Part shown: in pieces, positions 18,149-28,617 of the stretch
Numbering within the stretch: the first letter of the stretch is position 1
Layout of the letters: the number at the start of each line of letters is the position of its first letter
Origin: Thermoplasmatota archaeon
Lineage (GTDB): Archaea > Thermoplasmatota > Thermoplasmata > UBA10834
Direction of reading: 5' to 3'
NCBI GenBank assembly: GCA_040751795.1
Contig: JBFMHR010000001.1
Coordinates: forward strand, 224,001 to 288,000
DNA length: 64,000 bases
The notes under the pieces: model-generated
The model's database searches: none
What the model saw: the letters and a program-made list of their open reading frames with translations, nothing else
Told to the model about the DNA's origin: nothing
Translations under genes and position numbers: made by a program

Positions 18149-21100
18149 ATGCACCTAAGGGAGATTGAGCTGGAGAACTTCAAGTCGTTCGCCCGGAAGA
18201 CGCGCATACCGCTCCTCGAGGGCTACACGTCGATCACGGGCCCCAACGGGGCCGGCAAATCGAACGTCGCCGACGCCATACTCTTCGTCCTCGGGCCAAA
18301 GAGCTCGAGGGTGATCAGGGCCGGCAAGCTCACCGACCTCATATTCAACGGGGGCAAGGAGAAGAGGCCGGCGTCCGAGTGCAAGGTCAGCCTGATATTC
18401 TCGAACGAGGACCGACTCATACCCATCGACTCCGACACCGTGAAGCTCACGAGGGTGGTCCGCCTCTCCGACTCCGCGGAGGGCTACTACTCCTACTTCT
18501 ACGTCAACGACCGCAAGTCCTCCCTGGGCGAGTTCGACAGCCTCCTGGCCAACGCCAGGATAAGCGCCGACGGCTACAACTTCGTCCAGCAGGGCGACAT
18601 CACGCGCATAGTCGAGATGAGCAACCTCGAGAGGAGGCGCATACTCGACGACATCGCCGGGATCACCAAGTTCGACGAGGACATCGCCAACGCGGAGAAG
18701 GAGAAGCTGGCCGCGGAGGAGAACATCAACAGGCTCTCCATCATCCTGGACGAGGTCAAGAAGCAGATGAAGCAGCTGGAGAAGGACCGCGAGGGCGCGA
18801 TGAGGTACAAGGAGGTCTACGACCAGCTCAGCTTCGCCAAGGCGGCCCTCGCCCACAAGCACCGCGACTCCGTCCAGAGGGACATAACCTCGATCGGCGA
18901 GCAGGCCCAGAAGCTCACCGCCGACAAGGAGAAGGCCGAGGCAGACAAGCTCGCGCTGGACGAGGCCCTCAAGGCCATATCCGAGGAGCTGACGGCGGTC
19001 GAGAACGAGATAACGGAGAGGGGCGGCGAGGAGGCCAGGCAGATCAAGGAGAAGATCGACAACCTCAGGATCGAGATGGCCAGGGCGAAGGACGCGGCGG
19101 ACAACGCCGAGGAGATGGCCCAGTCCCTCGCGGAGGTCAAGAAGGCCCAGGGCGAGGACCTCAAGGCCGTGCAGAAGGACCTCGCGGCCCTCGAGGCGAA
19201 GCTCGCACCGATCAAGAAGTCCCACGACGAGAAGTCACAGGCGCTCAAGGAGAGGAGGGCGGAGCTGTCCTCCCACCAGGATGCCGTGTCCAAGTCCGAC
19301 TCGGAGCTCAGCACCATGCAGAAGGGGGCCCTCGAGCTGGCGGTGGACATCACCACGAAGGAGGAGAAGCTCCACGCCCTCAGGCTCGAGATGGACAGGC
19401 TCTCGGAGCGCGAGTCGAGGCTGAAGGTCGACATCGCCAACCTGGAGGAGACCAGGAAGACCTACGAGTTCGAGCTCAAGGACGCAGACTGGTCCCTCAA
19501 GGAGCTCAAGAACGAGACCTCCGCGTCCACCAAGGACCTCAAGAAGCTCCAGGACGAGTACTACGCCCTCAGGGCCAAGGAGAAGAAGCTCCAGGGGCAG
19601 TTCCAGGACCTCGACAACGCCATCAAGAGCCTCACCAGGGAGTACAACCAGATGAAGGCCGAGGCGGAGGCCGAGAGCCTCGTGAAGAAGGGCTACAACA
19701 CCGCCACGACCAACCTCCTGGAGCTCAGGGACAGGGGCACCATCAAGGGAATCCACGGCACCATAACCGAGCTGGCCGACGTCGACGGGGACTACGAGGT
19801 CGCCCTCAACGTCGCCGCGGGGCCGAGGATGCAGTCGATAGTCGTGGACAGCGACGAGGTCGCGGCCCAGTGCATCGACCACCTCAAGAAGAACAAGCTC
19901 GGCCGCGCGACGTTCCTCCCGCTCAACAAGATGCTGGACGGGAGGCCCCGGGGAAAGGCGATCATGGCCGCCAACGCGTCCCTCGGGTTCGCCATAGACC
20001 TGGTCAAGTTCAAGGAGCAGTACAGGTCCGCGTTCTGGTTCGTATTCGGCGACACGGTCGTCACCAAGAACCTGGCCGAGGCCAGGAAGCACATGGGCGG
20101 CGTCCGGCTGGTCACCCTCGACGGGGAGCTGGCCGAGGCGAGCGGCGCCATGGTCGGCGGCACCCTCGACAAGAACTTGCTCAAGTTCGGCGCGGTCTCG
20201 GAGAAGGGGATCGAGAGGAAGGCCACCGAGCTGAGGACCGCCGTGGAGCAGTCGGAGAAGGTCCAGGCGGAGCTGAAGGCCGCCGGGACGAGGCTCCTCG
20301 AGCTGGAGGGGCAGATACGCGACTCGAACACCAAGGACTCCGGCGAGAGCGCCAGGATCGGCTCCCTCGAGGCGAAGAAGAAGGAGTTCGACCAGAAGGT
20401 GGCGTCCATAGTGTCGGAGATAGAGGCCAGGGACAAGGAGCTGTCCGAGACGCTCGACCTCCTGAAGAACGTCGACTCCGACGTGAAGAGGTTCGACGAG
20501 GACATCAAGAAGGTCAAGAAGAGGAAGGAGGCCGTCGACAAGAAGCTGCTCGACGCCACACCCCACGAGCTCTCCCAGAGGCTGAAGAAGCTCGAGGGGG
20601 AGATCTTCGACCTGTCCAACGAGGTGGCGGCCCTCGGCTCCGACGTCCAGACCATCACCAAGCAGTCCGAGCTCGTGACCGCGAGGAGGGACGAGCTGTC
20701 CGCCGCCCTCGAGGCCACGGTCGCCAGGATCGCCGAGCAGAAGGCCAAGGCCAAGGAGAGCCTGGAGAAGCACGAGGAGAACGGCACGGAGCTCAAGGCG
20801 CTGTCCAACATGGAGCGGTCCATGGGCGACAAGCTCAACTCGCTCAGGACCAAGCGCGACAACCTCTACAAGAAGAAGACGGACACCGAGGCGGGGGTCG
20901 AGAAGCTCACGAGCAAGATCCAGACCAACTGCGACATAGTCCTGAGCCTCACGACCAAGATGGGCGAGGCCGAGAAGAGGCTGCAGGAGGCGGAGGCCGA
21001 CCTGGCGCAGTACAAATCCGTCGAGCTCCCCAAGGACCTGCCCTCGGCCGAGGACCTCAGGGCGACCGCCGTCGAGTGCGAGCGCAAGGTCTCGTCCCTC

Positions 21101-21748
21101 GGGGCCGTGAACCTGAAGTCCATCGACGAGTTCGACGAGAGGAAGGCCCGGCACGACGAGATGAAGGAGGAGATCGGCCAGCTCGAGAAGCAGAAGGCGA
21201 ACCTGGCCAAGCTCGTCGCGGAGCTCAACGACAAGAAGAAGGTCGGGTTCACAAGGATCTTCGGCGGCATCAACGAGAGCTTCAAGAAGACCTTCGCGGA
21301 GCTCTCCAACGGCGGCGACGCCGAGCTCCTCCTCGAGAACGAGGAGGACCCGCTCTCAGGAGGGCTCATCATCAAGGCGAGGCCGAAGGACAAGAAGGTC
21401 GTCCGGATGGAGGCGCTGTCCGGCGGCGAGAAGAGCCTCACCGCCCTCTCTTTCATATTCGCCATACAGGCGCACGAGCCGTCGCCCTTCTACCTCCTGG
21501 ACGAGGTGGACATGTTCCTCGACGGCGTCAACGCCGAGAACGTGGCCAGGGCGGTCAAGAGGGGCTCGAAGAACGCGCAGTTCCTCCAGATATCCCTGAG
21601 GAAGGTCACGCTCAAGGAGAGCGACCACATCATAGGAGTCACGATGCAGCGCGAGGGCGTCTCCGACGTGGTCTTCAGGCCCAACATCGGCGAGGGCACG
21701 GAATCCCAGGCGGAGGAGGAGCCCCCGCCCGCACAGGAGGCTGCGTGA
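18149..21748 (+). CDS. smc: Chromosome segregation protein SMC
   Basis: ENFKSF, Walker A GPNGAGKSN, coiled coils, hinge (GIHGTI...GRATFLPL), signature LSGGEKS, Walker B LLDEVD. Confidence 0.97.
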   Translation: MHLREIELENFKSFARKTRIPLLEGYTSITGPNGAGKSNVADAILFVLGPKSSRVIRAGKLTDLIFNGGKEKRPASECKVSLIFSNEDRLIPIDSDTVKLTRVVRLSDSAEGYYSYFYVNDRKSSLGEFDSLLANARISADGYNFVQQGDITRIVEMSNLERRRILDDIAGITKFDEDIANAEKEKLAAEENINRLSIILDEVKKQMKQLEKDREGAMRYKEVYDQLSFAKAALAHKHRDSVQRDITSIGEQAQKLTADKEKAEADKLALDEALKAISEELTAVENEITERGGEEARQIKEKIDNLRIEMARAKDAADNAEEMAQSLAEVKKAQGEDLKAVQKDLAALEAKLAPIKKSHDEKSQALKERRAELSSHQDAVSKSDSELSTMQKGALELAVDITTKEEKLHALRLEMDRLSERESRLKVDIANLEETRKTYEFELKDADWSLKELKNETSASTKDLKKLQDEYYALRAKEKKLQGQFQDLDNAIKSLTREYNQMKAEAEAESLVKKGYNTATTNLLELRDRGTIKGIHGTITELADVDGDYEVALNVAAGPRMQSIVVDSDEVAAQCIDHLKKNKLGRATFLPLNKMLDGRPRGKAIMAANASLGFAIDLVKFKEQYRSAFWFVFGDTVVTKNLAEARKHMGGVRLVTLDGELAEASGAMVGGTLDKNLLKFGAVSEKGIERKATELRTAVEQSEKVQAELKAAGTRLLELEGQIRDSNTKDSGESARIGSLEAKKKEFDQKVASIVSEIEARDKELSETLDLLKNVDSDVKRFDEDIKKVKKRKEAVDKKLLDATPHELSQRLKKLEGEIFDLSNEVAALGSDVQTITKQSELVTARRDELSAALEATVARIAEQKAKAKESLEKHEENGTELKALSNMERSMGDKLNSLRTKRDNLYKKKTDTEAGVEKLTSKIQTNCDIVLSLTTKMGEAEKRLQEAEADLAQYKSVELPKDLPSAEDLRATAVECERKVSSLGAVNLKSIDEFDERKARHDEMKEEIGQLEKQKANLAKLVAELNDKKKVGFTRIFGGINESFKKTFAELSNGGDAELLLENEEDPLSGGLIIKARPKDKKVVRMEALSGGEKSLTALSFIFAIQAHEPSPFYLLDEVDMFLDGVNAENVARAVKRGSKNAQFLQISLRKVTLKESDHIIGVTMQREGVSDVVFRPNIGEGTESQAEEEPPPAQEAA

Positions 21749-21749
21749 T

Positions 21750-22682
21750 ATGATGGCGACGGAGATGGACTGCGCGCAGGTCATGGACCACCTGATGTTC
21801 CAGAAGGCGCTGATAGACGACGGCCCGAGGGAGGAGCGCGAGGCGAGGATCGAGTCGTACGTCAGGACCGTGGAGGAGATCCGCCACGGCACGCTCGTGC
21901 CGTCGGAGGACCCGTTCGAGAGGAGCGTGTCCCTCGTCTTCGAGCTAGTGGTCCAGCAGCGGTTCGACCCGTGGGACATCAACCTGATCGAGTTCTCGAA
22001 GCTGTACCTGGCCAGGGTGAGGAAGGCCGAGGAGGTCAACCTGATCATCGCCGGGAAGCTGGTCTACATGGCATGGGAGATACTCAGGCTCCAGAGCGAG
22101 CAGGCCCTGAAGAGGGCGGAGAGGCCGGAGACGGTCGAGGTGATGTTCGACGGCTGGGACCCCGAGGGATTCGACCAGTTCGTCGACCCGTTCGAGCTCG
22201 GCGCCGGTGAGTCCCTGTTGTACACTGAGGAGCTCCCGATCGACGAGAAGGTCAGGAGGAAGTCGGATAGGCCAGTCACCCTCATAGACCTCCTAGACGC
22301 ATTCGACGAGGCGAAGAAGGAGAGCGACATCCGGAAGGAGCTCGCCAGGTTCATGCAGAAGTACAAGAGGCCGGACTTCGACGACAAGGCCCACAAGGAG
22401 AGCCTCGAGGACGACATAGCCGAGGTCTGGGAGAGGCTCCAGAGGTGCGGCAGCGGCCCCATCCCGATCATGGACCTCTACGCCTCCGGCAAGGAGGACA
22501 GGGTCACGGTGTTCGTGGCGGCCCTCTTCCTGGCGAAGATGGGCAAGATATCGGTGTGGCAGGAGAAGGTGCCATTCGGGACCATATTCGTCGAGGCGAA
22601 GGTCCCGTGGGACATAGCCCAGCTCGAGGACGCGTCCGCGCTGGCGACAGTGCAGGTTCAGAACGTGCCGGTGGTCAAGTGA
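21750..22682 (+). CDS. scpA: Kleisin ScpA
   Basis: Directly follows smc; FDPWDINL, RPVTLIDLLDAF, FVAALFLAKMGKISVWQE. Confidence 0.9.
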   Translation: MMATEMDCAQVMDHLMFQKALIDDGPREEREARIESYVRTVEEIRHGTLVPSEDPFERSVSLVFELVVQQRFDPWDINLIEFSKLYLARVRKAEEVNLIIAGKLVYMAWEILRLQSEQALKRAERPETVEVMFDGWDPEGFDQFVDPFELGAGESLLYTEELPIDEKVRRKSDRPVTLIDLLDAFDEAKKESDIRKELARFMQKYKRPDFDDKAHKESLEDDIAEVWERLQRCGSGPIPIMDLYASGKEDRVTVFVAALFLAKMGKISVWQEKVPFGTIFVEAKVPWDIAQLEDASALATVQVQNVPVVK

Positions 22683-23197
22683 AGAGCGAACGGATCATAG
22701 AGGCGGAGCTCTTCTCCGCCACGAAGCCAGTGTCTGTCACGGAACTGTCGCTCATATCGGGTCTGGACGCGAGGACCGTCAGGTCCGCCCTCGAGAGGCT
22801 CTCGGAGGAGTACAACGGCTCCGACAGGGCCATCGAGGTCGCCAAGATGGGGCCCAGGTACGCCATGCAGGTCAAGAAGGAGTACAGGGACTACGCCTGG
22901 AAGCTCGCGCAGATGGAGATCCCCAAGGACGTCCTGAAGACGGCGTCCCTCATCGCCTACTACCAGCCCGTGCTGCAGAGCAAGCTCTTCGACCTCGTGG
23001 GCAGCAAGGTCTACGAGCACGTCAAGTCCCTGGAGGACATGGGGCTCGTCAGGACGAGGCCGAAGAAGAACAGCTTCGAGCTCACGACCACCAAGAAGTT
23101 CATCGAGACCTTCGGCATAGACGCGCGCTCGCGCGCGGAGGTCAAGGCCTGGCTCGAGGGGGAGCTCGCCAAGAAGGGCCCCGCGAAGAAGGCCTGA
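22679..23197 (+). CDS. scpB: Segregation and condensation protein ScpB
   Basis: GTGA overlap with the scpA stop; IIEAELF, LKTASLIAYYQPV, TTKKFIETFG. Confidence 0.92.
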   Translation: MKSERIIEAELFSATKPVSVTELSLISGLDARTVRSALERLSEEYNGSDRAIEVAKMGPRYAMQVKKEYRDYAWKLAQMEIPKDVLKTASLIAYYQPVLQSKLFDLVGSKVYEHVKSLEDMGLVRTRPKKNSFELTTTKKFIETFGIDARSRAEVKAWLEGELAKKGPAKKA

Positions 23198-23283
23198 CCA
23201 GGCGCACCAGTCGTCGGGCCCGCGCGCCCCCGAACGCAAAGGTTTATCTGACCTAGGCGCATTGACGAGCCCAGTGATTTGGA

Positions 23284-23499
23284 ATGGTCATGCCTCTCAG
23301 TTTGCTTGAGAAGTCCATGAACAAGAAGGTCTCGCTCCTGCTGAAGGACAGCAGGGTGCTCGAAGGCACCCTCACCGGCTTCGACGACTACCTGAACATG
23401 GTCCTCGACGACACCGAGGAGACCAACAACGACCAGGTCAAGAGGCTCGGCACCGTCATACTCCGCGGCAACAACGTGGTCAGCATCACGCCGAAGTAG
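23284..23499 (+). CDS. Sm-like archaeal protein (SmAP/Lsm)
   Basis: Sm1 motif GTLTGFDDYLNMVL and Sm2 motif ILRGNNVV. Confidence 0.95.
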   Translation: MVMPLSLLEKSMNKKVSLLLKDSRVLEGTLTGFDDYLNMVLDDTEETNNDQVKRLGTVILRGNNVVSITPK

Positions 23500-23589
23500 G
23501 CGCGGCTGCGGGTTCTGCCATCTCCGACGCTCCAGCGTACGCCATGCGACGCGAGATGATTTAATACGGCTAAGGCATACCACGGCCCG

Positions 23590-24561
23590 ATGAAGGCCGT
23601 CCTCCTGGTAGGTGGCATGGGCACACGGCTGAGGCCCCTGACCTACCGGATACCCAAGCCCCTCCTCCCCGTCATGGGGAAGCCCCTGATCATGCACGTC
23701 ATAGACTCGATACCCGGCGAGGTCGACGAGGTCATCGTGCCCATCGGGTACAAGAGGGACGTCATGGAGGAGTACCTCCGCTCCCACCCGCCCGGGAGGA
23801 GGATCACCCTCGTGGACGAGCCCGAGCCCCTGGGCACGGGCGGCGCGGTGAAGAACGTGGCGGACCGGATCGACGGCCAGTTCCTCGTCATCAATGGGGA
23901 CGTGATCACCTCGCTCGACGTCGCCTCTTTCGTGAGGTTCCACAGGGCCAAGGGAGGCGTGGCATCCATATCGCTCTGGCCGGTCGAGGACCCCTCGCCT
24001 TTCGGGGTCGCCCAGCTCGACGGCGACTCGAGGATCACCAGGTTCCAGGAGAAGCCGAAGAGGGAGGAAGCGTTCTCCAACCTCATCAACGCCGGCGCGT
24101 ACGCGCTGGAGAGGGAGGTGCTGGACCTCATCGGCGACGGCTTCGTGTCGATGGAGCGGGAGGTCTTCCCGAAGCTCCTCGACAAGGGGATGTACGGGTT
24201 CAGGTTCGACGGGCACTGGATAGACTGCGGGACGAGGGAGAACGTCATCGGGGCCCACAGGATACTGATGGGCAGGAGCGCGGCGGTCTCCCGCAACAGC
24301 GTCTCGGAGGGGGCGACCGTGGAGGCCCCCTCATTCGTCGGGGACGAGGCCGTCGTGGCCGGGGCCAGGATCGGGCCCAGCGCCTACGTGTCCCCCAGGT
24401 GCGTCGTCGGGCCGATGTCCCATGTCGAGGGGTCGGTGCTCTACGAGGACGCGAGGGTCGGCACCAGGTGCAGGATCGTGGACTCGATCATCGACCAGGG
24501 AGTGTCCGTCCCCGACGGGGCGGAGGTCGTTTCTCAGATCGTCAGCAGGGCCACCCAGTAG
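23590..24561 (+). CDS. NDP-sugar pyrophosphorylase (mannose-1-phosphate guanylyltransferase-like)
   Basis: LVGGMGTRLRPLT...PKPLLPV, EPLGTGGA, FQEKP, WIDCG; C-terminal left-handed beta-helix. Confidence 0.9.
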   Translation: MKAVLLVGGMGTRLRPLTYRIPKPLLPVMGKPLIMHVIDSIPGEVDEVIVPIGYKRDVMEEYLRSHPPGRRITLVDEPEPLGTGGAVKNVADRIDGQFLVINGDVITSLDVASFVRFHRAKGGVASISLWPVEDPSPFGVAQLDGDSRITRFQEKPKREEAFSNLINAGAYALEREVLDLIGDGFVSMEREVFPKLLDKGMYGFRFDGHWIDCGTRENVIGAHRILMGRSAAVSRNSVSEGATVEAPSFVGDEAVVAGARIGPSAYVSPRCVVGPMSHVEGSVLYEDARVGTRCRIVDSIIDQGVSVPDGAEVVSQIVSRATQ

Positions 24562-24567
24562 GGGGCG

Positions 24568-25593
24568 TCACCCGGTCCATCCGAGGTGCACGAACGCCAG
24601 GAAGAGCAGCCCGGATATCGTGGCGGACGCGAGTATCGTCACCGCCCACGCGATGACTATCTTGCGGCCCAGGCCCCACCTCACGGCGGACAGCCTCTTC
24701 GTCGCGCCCACGCCCATTATCGAGCCGGATATCGTGTGCGTGGTGCTCACCGGTATCCCGAGGACCGCGGTGAAGAGCAGGACTCCGGCGCCGCCGGTCT
24801 CCGCGCAGAACCCCTGGTACGGGTCTAGCTTGGTGATCCTCGAGGCCATGGTCTTCACGATCCTCCAGCCGCCGAAGAATGTCCCCAGGGCTATCGACAG
24901 GCCGCATGCCAGGACGACCCAGGTGTAGACGGTGAACTCGGACTCCGGCGAGGCCCCCTCCGAGAGGAAGAGGACCATCATGATGATGCCCATGCCCTTC
25001 TGGGCGTCGTTGGTCCCGTGCGTGAGCGAGAAGAAGCCCGACGACACGAGCTGGAGCTTCCTGAACCACTTGTTGACCGTGCCCCTCGCGAGGTGCCTGA
25101 CCAGGTGCATCACGAGGACCATCAGTATGAACCCGGCGACGAGGCCGGCCATCGGCGAGATGATGATGAAGGCGATGGTCTTGAGGGTCCCGGACCACAC
25201 GATGGCGTCCAGGCCCCAGACGGCGCATCCCGCGCCTATGAGCCCTCCGATGAGGGCGTGGCTGCTGGACGTGGGGATGCCCCACCACCAGGTTATCAGG
25301 TCCCAGAGGATCGCCCCCACCACCGCGCAGAAGATGAGCGATACGCCGTAGTCCCACAGCATGTCCTGGTCGATGATCCCCTTGCCGATGGTCTTCGCCA
25401 CGTTGTCCGATATGAAGATGCCCAGGAAGTTGAAGGTCGCCGCCCACGCGACGGCCTTGACGGGCGTGAGCACCCTCGTCGCCACGATCGTCGCTATGGA
25501 GTTCGCCGAGTCGTGGAAGCCGTTGACGAACTCGAACCCGAGGGTCATGAGTATCGTCGCAGCCGCGAGCAGTGGCAACCCGAGTACGTCCAT
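24568..25593 (-). CDS. pit: Inorganic phosphate transporter, PiT family
   Basis: NGFHDSANSIAT, GIPTSSSHALIG, HGTNDAQK, PVSTTH. Confidence 0.95.
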   Translation of the reverse strand: MDVLGLPLLAAATILMTLGFEFVNGFHDSANSIATIVATRVLTPVKAVAWAATFNFLGIFISDNVAKTIGKGIIDQDMLWDYGVSLIFCAVVGAILWDLITWWWGIPTSSSHALIGGLIGAGCAVWGLDAIVWSGTLKTIAFIIISPMAGLVAGFILMVLVMHLVRHLARGTVNKWFRKLQLVSSGFFSLTHGTNDAQKGMGIIMMVLFLSEGASPESEFTVYTWVVLACGLSIALGTFFGGWRIVKTMASRITKLDPYQGFCAETGGAGVLLFTAVLGIPVSTTHTISGSIMGVGATKRLSAVRWGLGRKIVIAWAVTILASATISGLLFLAFVHLGWTG

Positions 25594-25602
25594 CAGCCGC
25601 AC

Positions 25603-26232
25603 CTAGGAGTTCTTTATGAATATGTCCTTGATGACATCCGCCACGTCCTCGCACTTGTCGGTCGCCATCTCGAGGTGCTCGTAGATCTCCTTCAGCTTGA
25701 TCAGCTCGATCACGTCCTTCCCCTTGAAGAGGTTCGCGACCGCCTCGTGGGTGATGTCGTCCCCGACGTTCTCCCACCTGTTTATCTCGATGCAGTGCTG
25801 GAGGATCTCGTTCTTGTGCTTGAAGTTCTTGAGGTCCTTGACCGCGTGGTTGACCTCCTTGGTGGAGCCAAGGACGCACTCGGCGAGCCGGACCATCTCG
25901 GGGGGGACCGACTTGACCTGGTACGCCCACATCCTGTGGGCGGCCGCCTCGATGTAGTCGAGGACGTCGTCCAGCCTCGAGGTGAGCTTGGACATGTCGT
26001 CGTGGTCGATCGGCGTGACGAAGGTCTTGTTCAGCTCCTCGGCGATGGTGTGGACGAGGTCGTCCCCCCTGTGCTCGATCTCCTTGATCCTGTCCCTCTT
26101 CCGGGCCACGTCCGTGAAGTCCTTGGTCAGGTCGAGGAGGGCCTCCGCGCCCTCGAGGACGACGTCGGCCTGCTGGTCCAGCATCGCGAAGAAGTGCTTC
26201 TCCTGAGGAATGATCCATTCCTTGAAACCCAT
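25603..26232 (-). CDS. DUF47 / PhoU-like phosphate transport regulator
   Basis: IKEIEHRGD, LNKTFVTPIDHDD, LEMATDKCEDVAD; directly upstream of pit. Confidence 0.92.
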   Translation of the reverse strand: MGFKEWIIPQEKHFFAMLDQQADVVLEGAEALLDLTKDFTDVARKRDRIKEIEHRGDDLVHTIAEELNKTFVTPIDHDDMSKLTSRLDDVLDYIEAAAHRMWAYQVKSVPPEMVRLAECVLGSTKEVNHAVKDLKNFKHKNEILQHCIEINRWENVGDDITHEAVANLFKGKDVIELIKLKEIYEHLEMATDKCEDVADVIKDIFIKNS

Positions 26233-26369
26233 TGAGTGCGTCCCCCGCGTCAAGTCATACCCTGTGTGGGTATAAATCCTTAGGTACCATAGAATCCATA
26301 GCTTCCGGTGGAAATATGCACCCCATCGGGGGAGAGTTACTTTTACCCGGGACCTGTTACCACCGGGCG

Positions 26370-27743
26370 ATGAGGCCGGGAGAGGGTCCCGCCCCGAGGC
26401 TGTTCGGGACGAACGGCGTCCGGGGCGTGGTCAACACCGAGGGCATGGACTGCGAGTTCGCGATGAGGCTCGGCCTCGCGATAGGCTCGTACATGAAGGG
26501 GCCGGTGATGATGGGCACCGACGCCCGCACGTCCAACGACATGCTGAGGTCGGCGTGCTCCGCCGGCCTGATGGCCGCGGGGTGCGAGGTGGTCGACTGC
26601 GGCATCGTCCCCACCCCGACCCTCCAGTACGCCGTGAAGAGGAACGGGGTGGCCGGAGGGGTGATGATCACGGCGTCCCACAACCCCCCGGAGTTCAACG
26701 GAATCAAGTGCATCGACCCCGACGGGACCGAGATGGCCAGGGCCAACGAGGAGCGGATCGAGGCACTCTACCATAGGATGGATTTCCGGAGGGCCGAGTG
26801 GTCCTCCGTCGGGAGGACCAGGGCATACGCGACGGCCATTCATGAGTACGTCGACGGCATCGTTTCGCTGGTCGACGCCAAGGCGGTCAGGAAGGCCAAG
26901 CTCAGGGTCGCCGTCGACTGCAGCAACGGGGCCGCATCGCTCGTGACGCCGAAGCTCCTCGAGAGGCTCGGGGTGAGCTACGTCACCCTCAACGCGGACC
27001 CGAACGGCGCGTTCCCCGGCCACAACAGCGAGCCCACGCCGGAGAACACCAAGGACATAGTCGACCTGGTCAGGGCTGGCGGGTTCGACCTCGGCTTCGT
27101 GCACGACGGCGACGCCGACAGGACCATCTTCGTCGACGACAGGGGCAGGTACATGTACGGCGACAGGAGCCTGGCCCTTGTGGCGCACCACGTCTGCCTG
27201 GAGAGGGAGGGCGGCCTGGTGGTCACCTCCGTGGGGTCGTCGATGTGCGTCGAGGACGCGGTCAGGCTCGCCGGAGGGAGCGTGGAGTACACCATGGTCG
27301 GCTCCCCCATAGTGGCGCGCGCCATGATGGACATGGGCGCCGTCTTCGGGGGGGAGGAGAATGGCGGCCTGATCTTCCCGGAGCTGCAGTACTGCAGGGA
27401 CGGCGCGATGTCCGCGGCCAAGGTCCTCGAGATCGTCGCCAGGCACGGGAGGCTCTCGGACCTGCTGGACAGGATACCCTCCTACTCGCAGTACAAGACG
27501 AAGACCAGGTGCCCGGACAGCAGGAAGCAGGCCGTGATGGACAGGCTCGCCTCGGCCGCACAGGGCGACAGGGTGGACAGGACGGACGGCGTGAAGATAT
27601 TCTCAGGGAAGGGCTGGGTGCTCGTGAGGCCGTCCGGGACGGAGCCCATCTTCAGGGTATTCTCCGAGGCGCGGACCCCGGAGGAGGCCAAGGAGCTGGC
27701 CGAGTCCTACAGGAAGAGGGTCGAGGGACTGGTCAAGGGCTGA
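26370..27743 (+). CDS. Phosphoglucosamine/phosphomannomutase
   Basis: LFGTNGVRG, catalytic TASHNP, metal-binding DGDADR, GGEENGG, RPSGTEP. Confidence 0.94.
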   Translation: MRPGEGPAPRLFGTNGVRGVVNTEGMDCEFAMRLGLAIGSYMKGPVMMGTDARTSNDMLRSACSAGLMAAGCEVVDCGIVPTPTLQYAVKRNGVAGGVMITASHNPPEFNGIKCIDPDGTEMARANEERIEALYHRMDFRRAEWSSVGRTRAYATAIHEYVDGIVSLVDAKAVRKAKLRVAVDCSNGAASLVTPKLLERLGVSYVTLNADPNGAFPGHNSEPTPENTKDIVDLVRAGGFDLGFVHDGDADRTIFVDDRGRYMYGDRSLALVAHHVCLEREGGLVVTSVGSSMCVEDAVRLAGGSVEYTMVGSPIVARAMMDMGAVFGGEENGGLIFPELQYCRDGAMSAAKVLEIVARHGRLSDLLDRIPSYSQYKTKTRCPDSRKQAVMDRLASAAQGDRVDRTDGVKIFSGKGWVLVRPSGTEPIFRVFSEARTPEEAKELAESYRKRVEGLVKG

Positions 27744-27744
27744 C

Positions 27745-28617
27745 TCAGGCCTTCCTGGCGCGCGCGGCCTTCCACTTCACCGCGATGACCTCGCGTATCA
27801 GCCTCGCTGCCAGTATCGAGGTGTTGCCGTTGTCGTAGGGCGGGCACACCTCCACCACGTCGAACCCGACCAGGCGGTCCCCAAGGCGGTTGATGACGTG
27901 CCTCACGTCCATGGGCGTGAGCCCGAAGGGCTCTGGCGTCCCCGTCCCCGGGGCGTACGCGGGGTCGATCCCGTCTATGTCCAGGGAGAGGTAGACCGGC
28001 TCCCTCCTGAGCTTTCCGAGCATCTCGTCGAAGACCTTCGCGCAGCCCTCCTCGTGCACCCTGAAGGCGTCCGCGTAGAGCGCCGACCCGCGGTCCTCCT
28101 CACCTGAGATGGACCTCACTCCGAAGGCGAAGACGTTGCCCTTCCCGACGACGTCCTCTATCCGCTTGTGCGCGCACGCGTGGCTGTTCTTGAGGCCCTG
28201 GTACTCCTCCCTGTAGTCCAGGTGGGCGTCTATGGTTATGACGGAGATGTCCTTGCCGTAGGCCTTCACCAGCGGCGGCGAGACCGAGTGCTCCCCGCCC
28301 ATCGTGATGAGGAACTTGCCATCGCCGACGATCCTCCTGGCCTCCTCCTCGATCGCGGCCACCATGTCGTCCACGGTGCCCTCCTCGTAGAGGTCCCCCG
28401 CGTCGTGGAGCCTGATGTCGTCGAAGGTGACGCCGTGCTCGAAGAGCTCCTTCTCGAAGTTGGACGAGGCGCCCCTGATGGTGGTCGGGGCGATCCTGGC
28501 GCCGCTCCTGAAGGTGGTGGTCCTGTCGAAGGGCGCGCCCATTATGACGAACTCAGAATCCTCGTAGGTCGAATCAGCGTCCGCGAAGGTCAGCATCCCG
28601 CGGCTTGGCATCCTCAC
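27745..28617 (-). CDS. speB: Agmatinase (ureohydrolase)
   Basis: GGEHS, DAHLD, SLDIDGIDPAYAPGTGTPEPFG, DVVEVCPPYD. Confidence 0.92.
   Translation of the reverse strand: MRMPSRGMLTFADADSTYEDSEFVIMGAPFDRTTTFRSGARIAPTTIRGASSNFEKELFEHGVTFDDIRLHDAGDLYEEGTVDDMVAAIEEEARRIVGDGKFLITMGGEHSVSPPLVKAYGKDISVITIDAHLDYREEYQGLKNSHACAHKRIEDVVGKGNVFAFGVRSISGEEDRGSALYADAFRVHEEGCAKVFDEMLGKLRREPVYLSLDIDGIDPAYAPGTGTPEPFGLTPMDVRHVINRLGDRLVGFDVVEVCPPYDNGNTSILAARLIREVIAVKWKAARARKA

Noticed and set aside
18149-23197. SMC-family defence system (Wadjet/MksBEFG)
   Set aside because: Canonical hinge-containing Smc with ScpA/ScpB and no JetD/toprim nuclease; this is housekeeping condensin.
25600-25605. In-frame TAG-GTG junctions (DUF47/pit; also METTL5/csl4 at 42512-42517) as amber-readthrough fusions
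   Set aside because: Both partners are complete stand-alone families, and tAGGTG is simply the Shine-Dalgarno of the downstream gene overlapping the stop.
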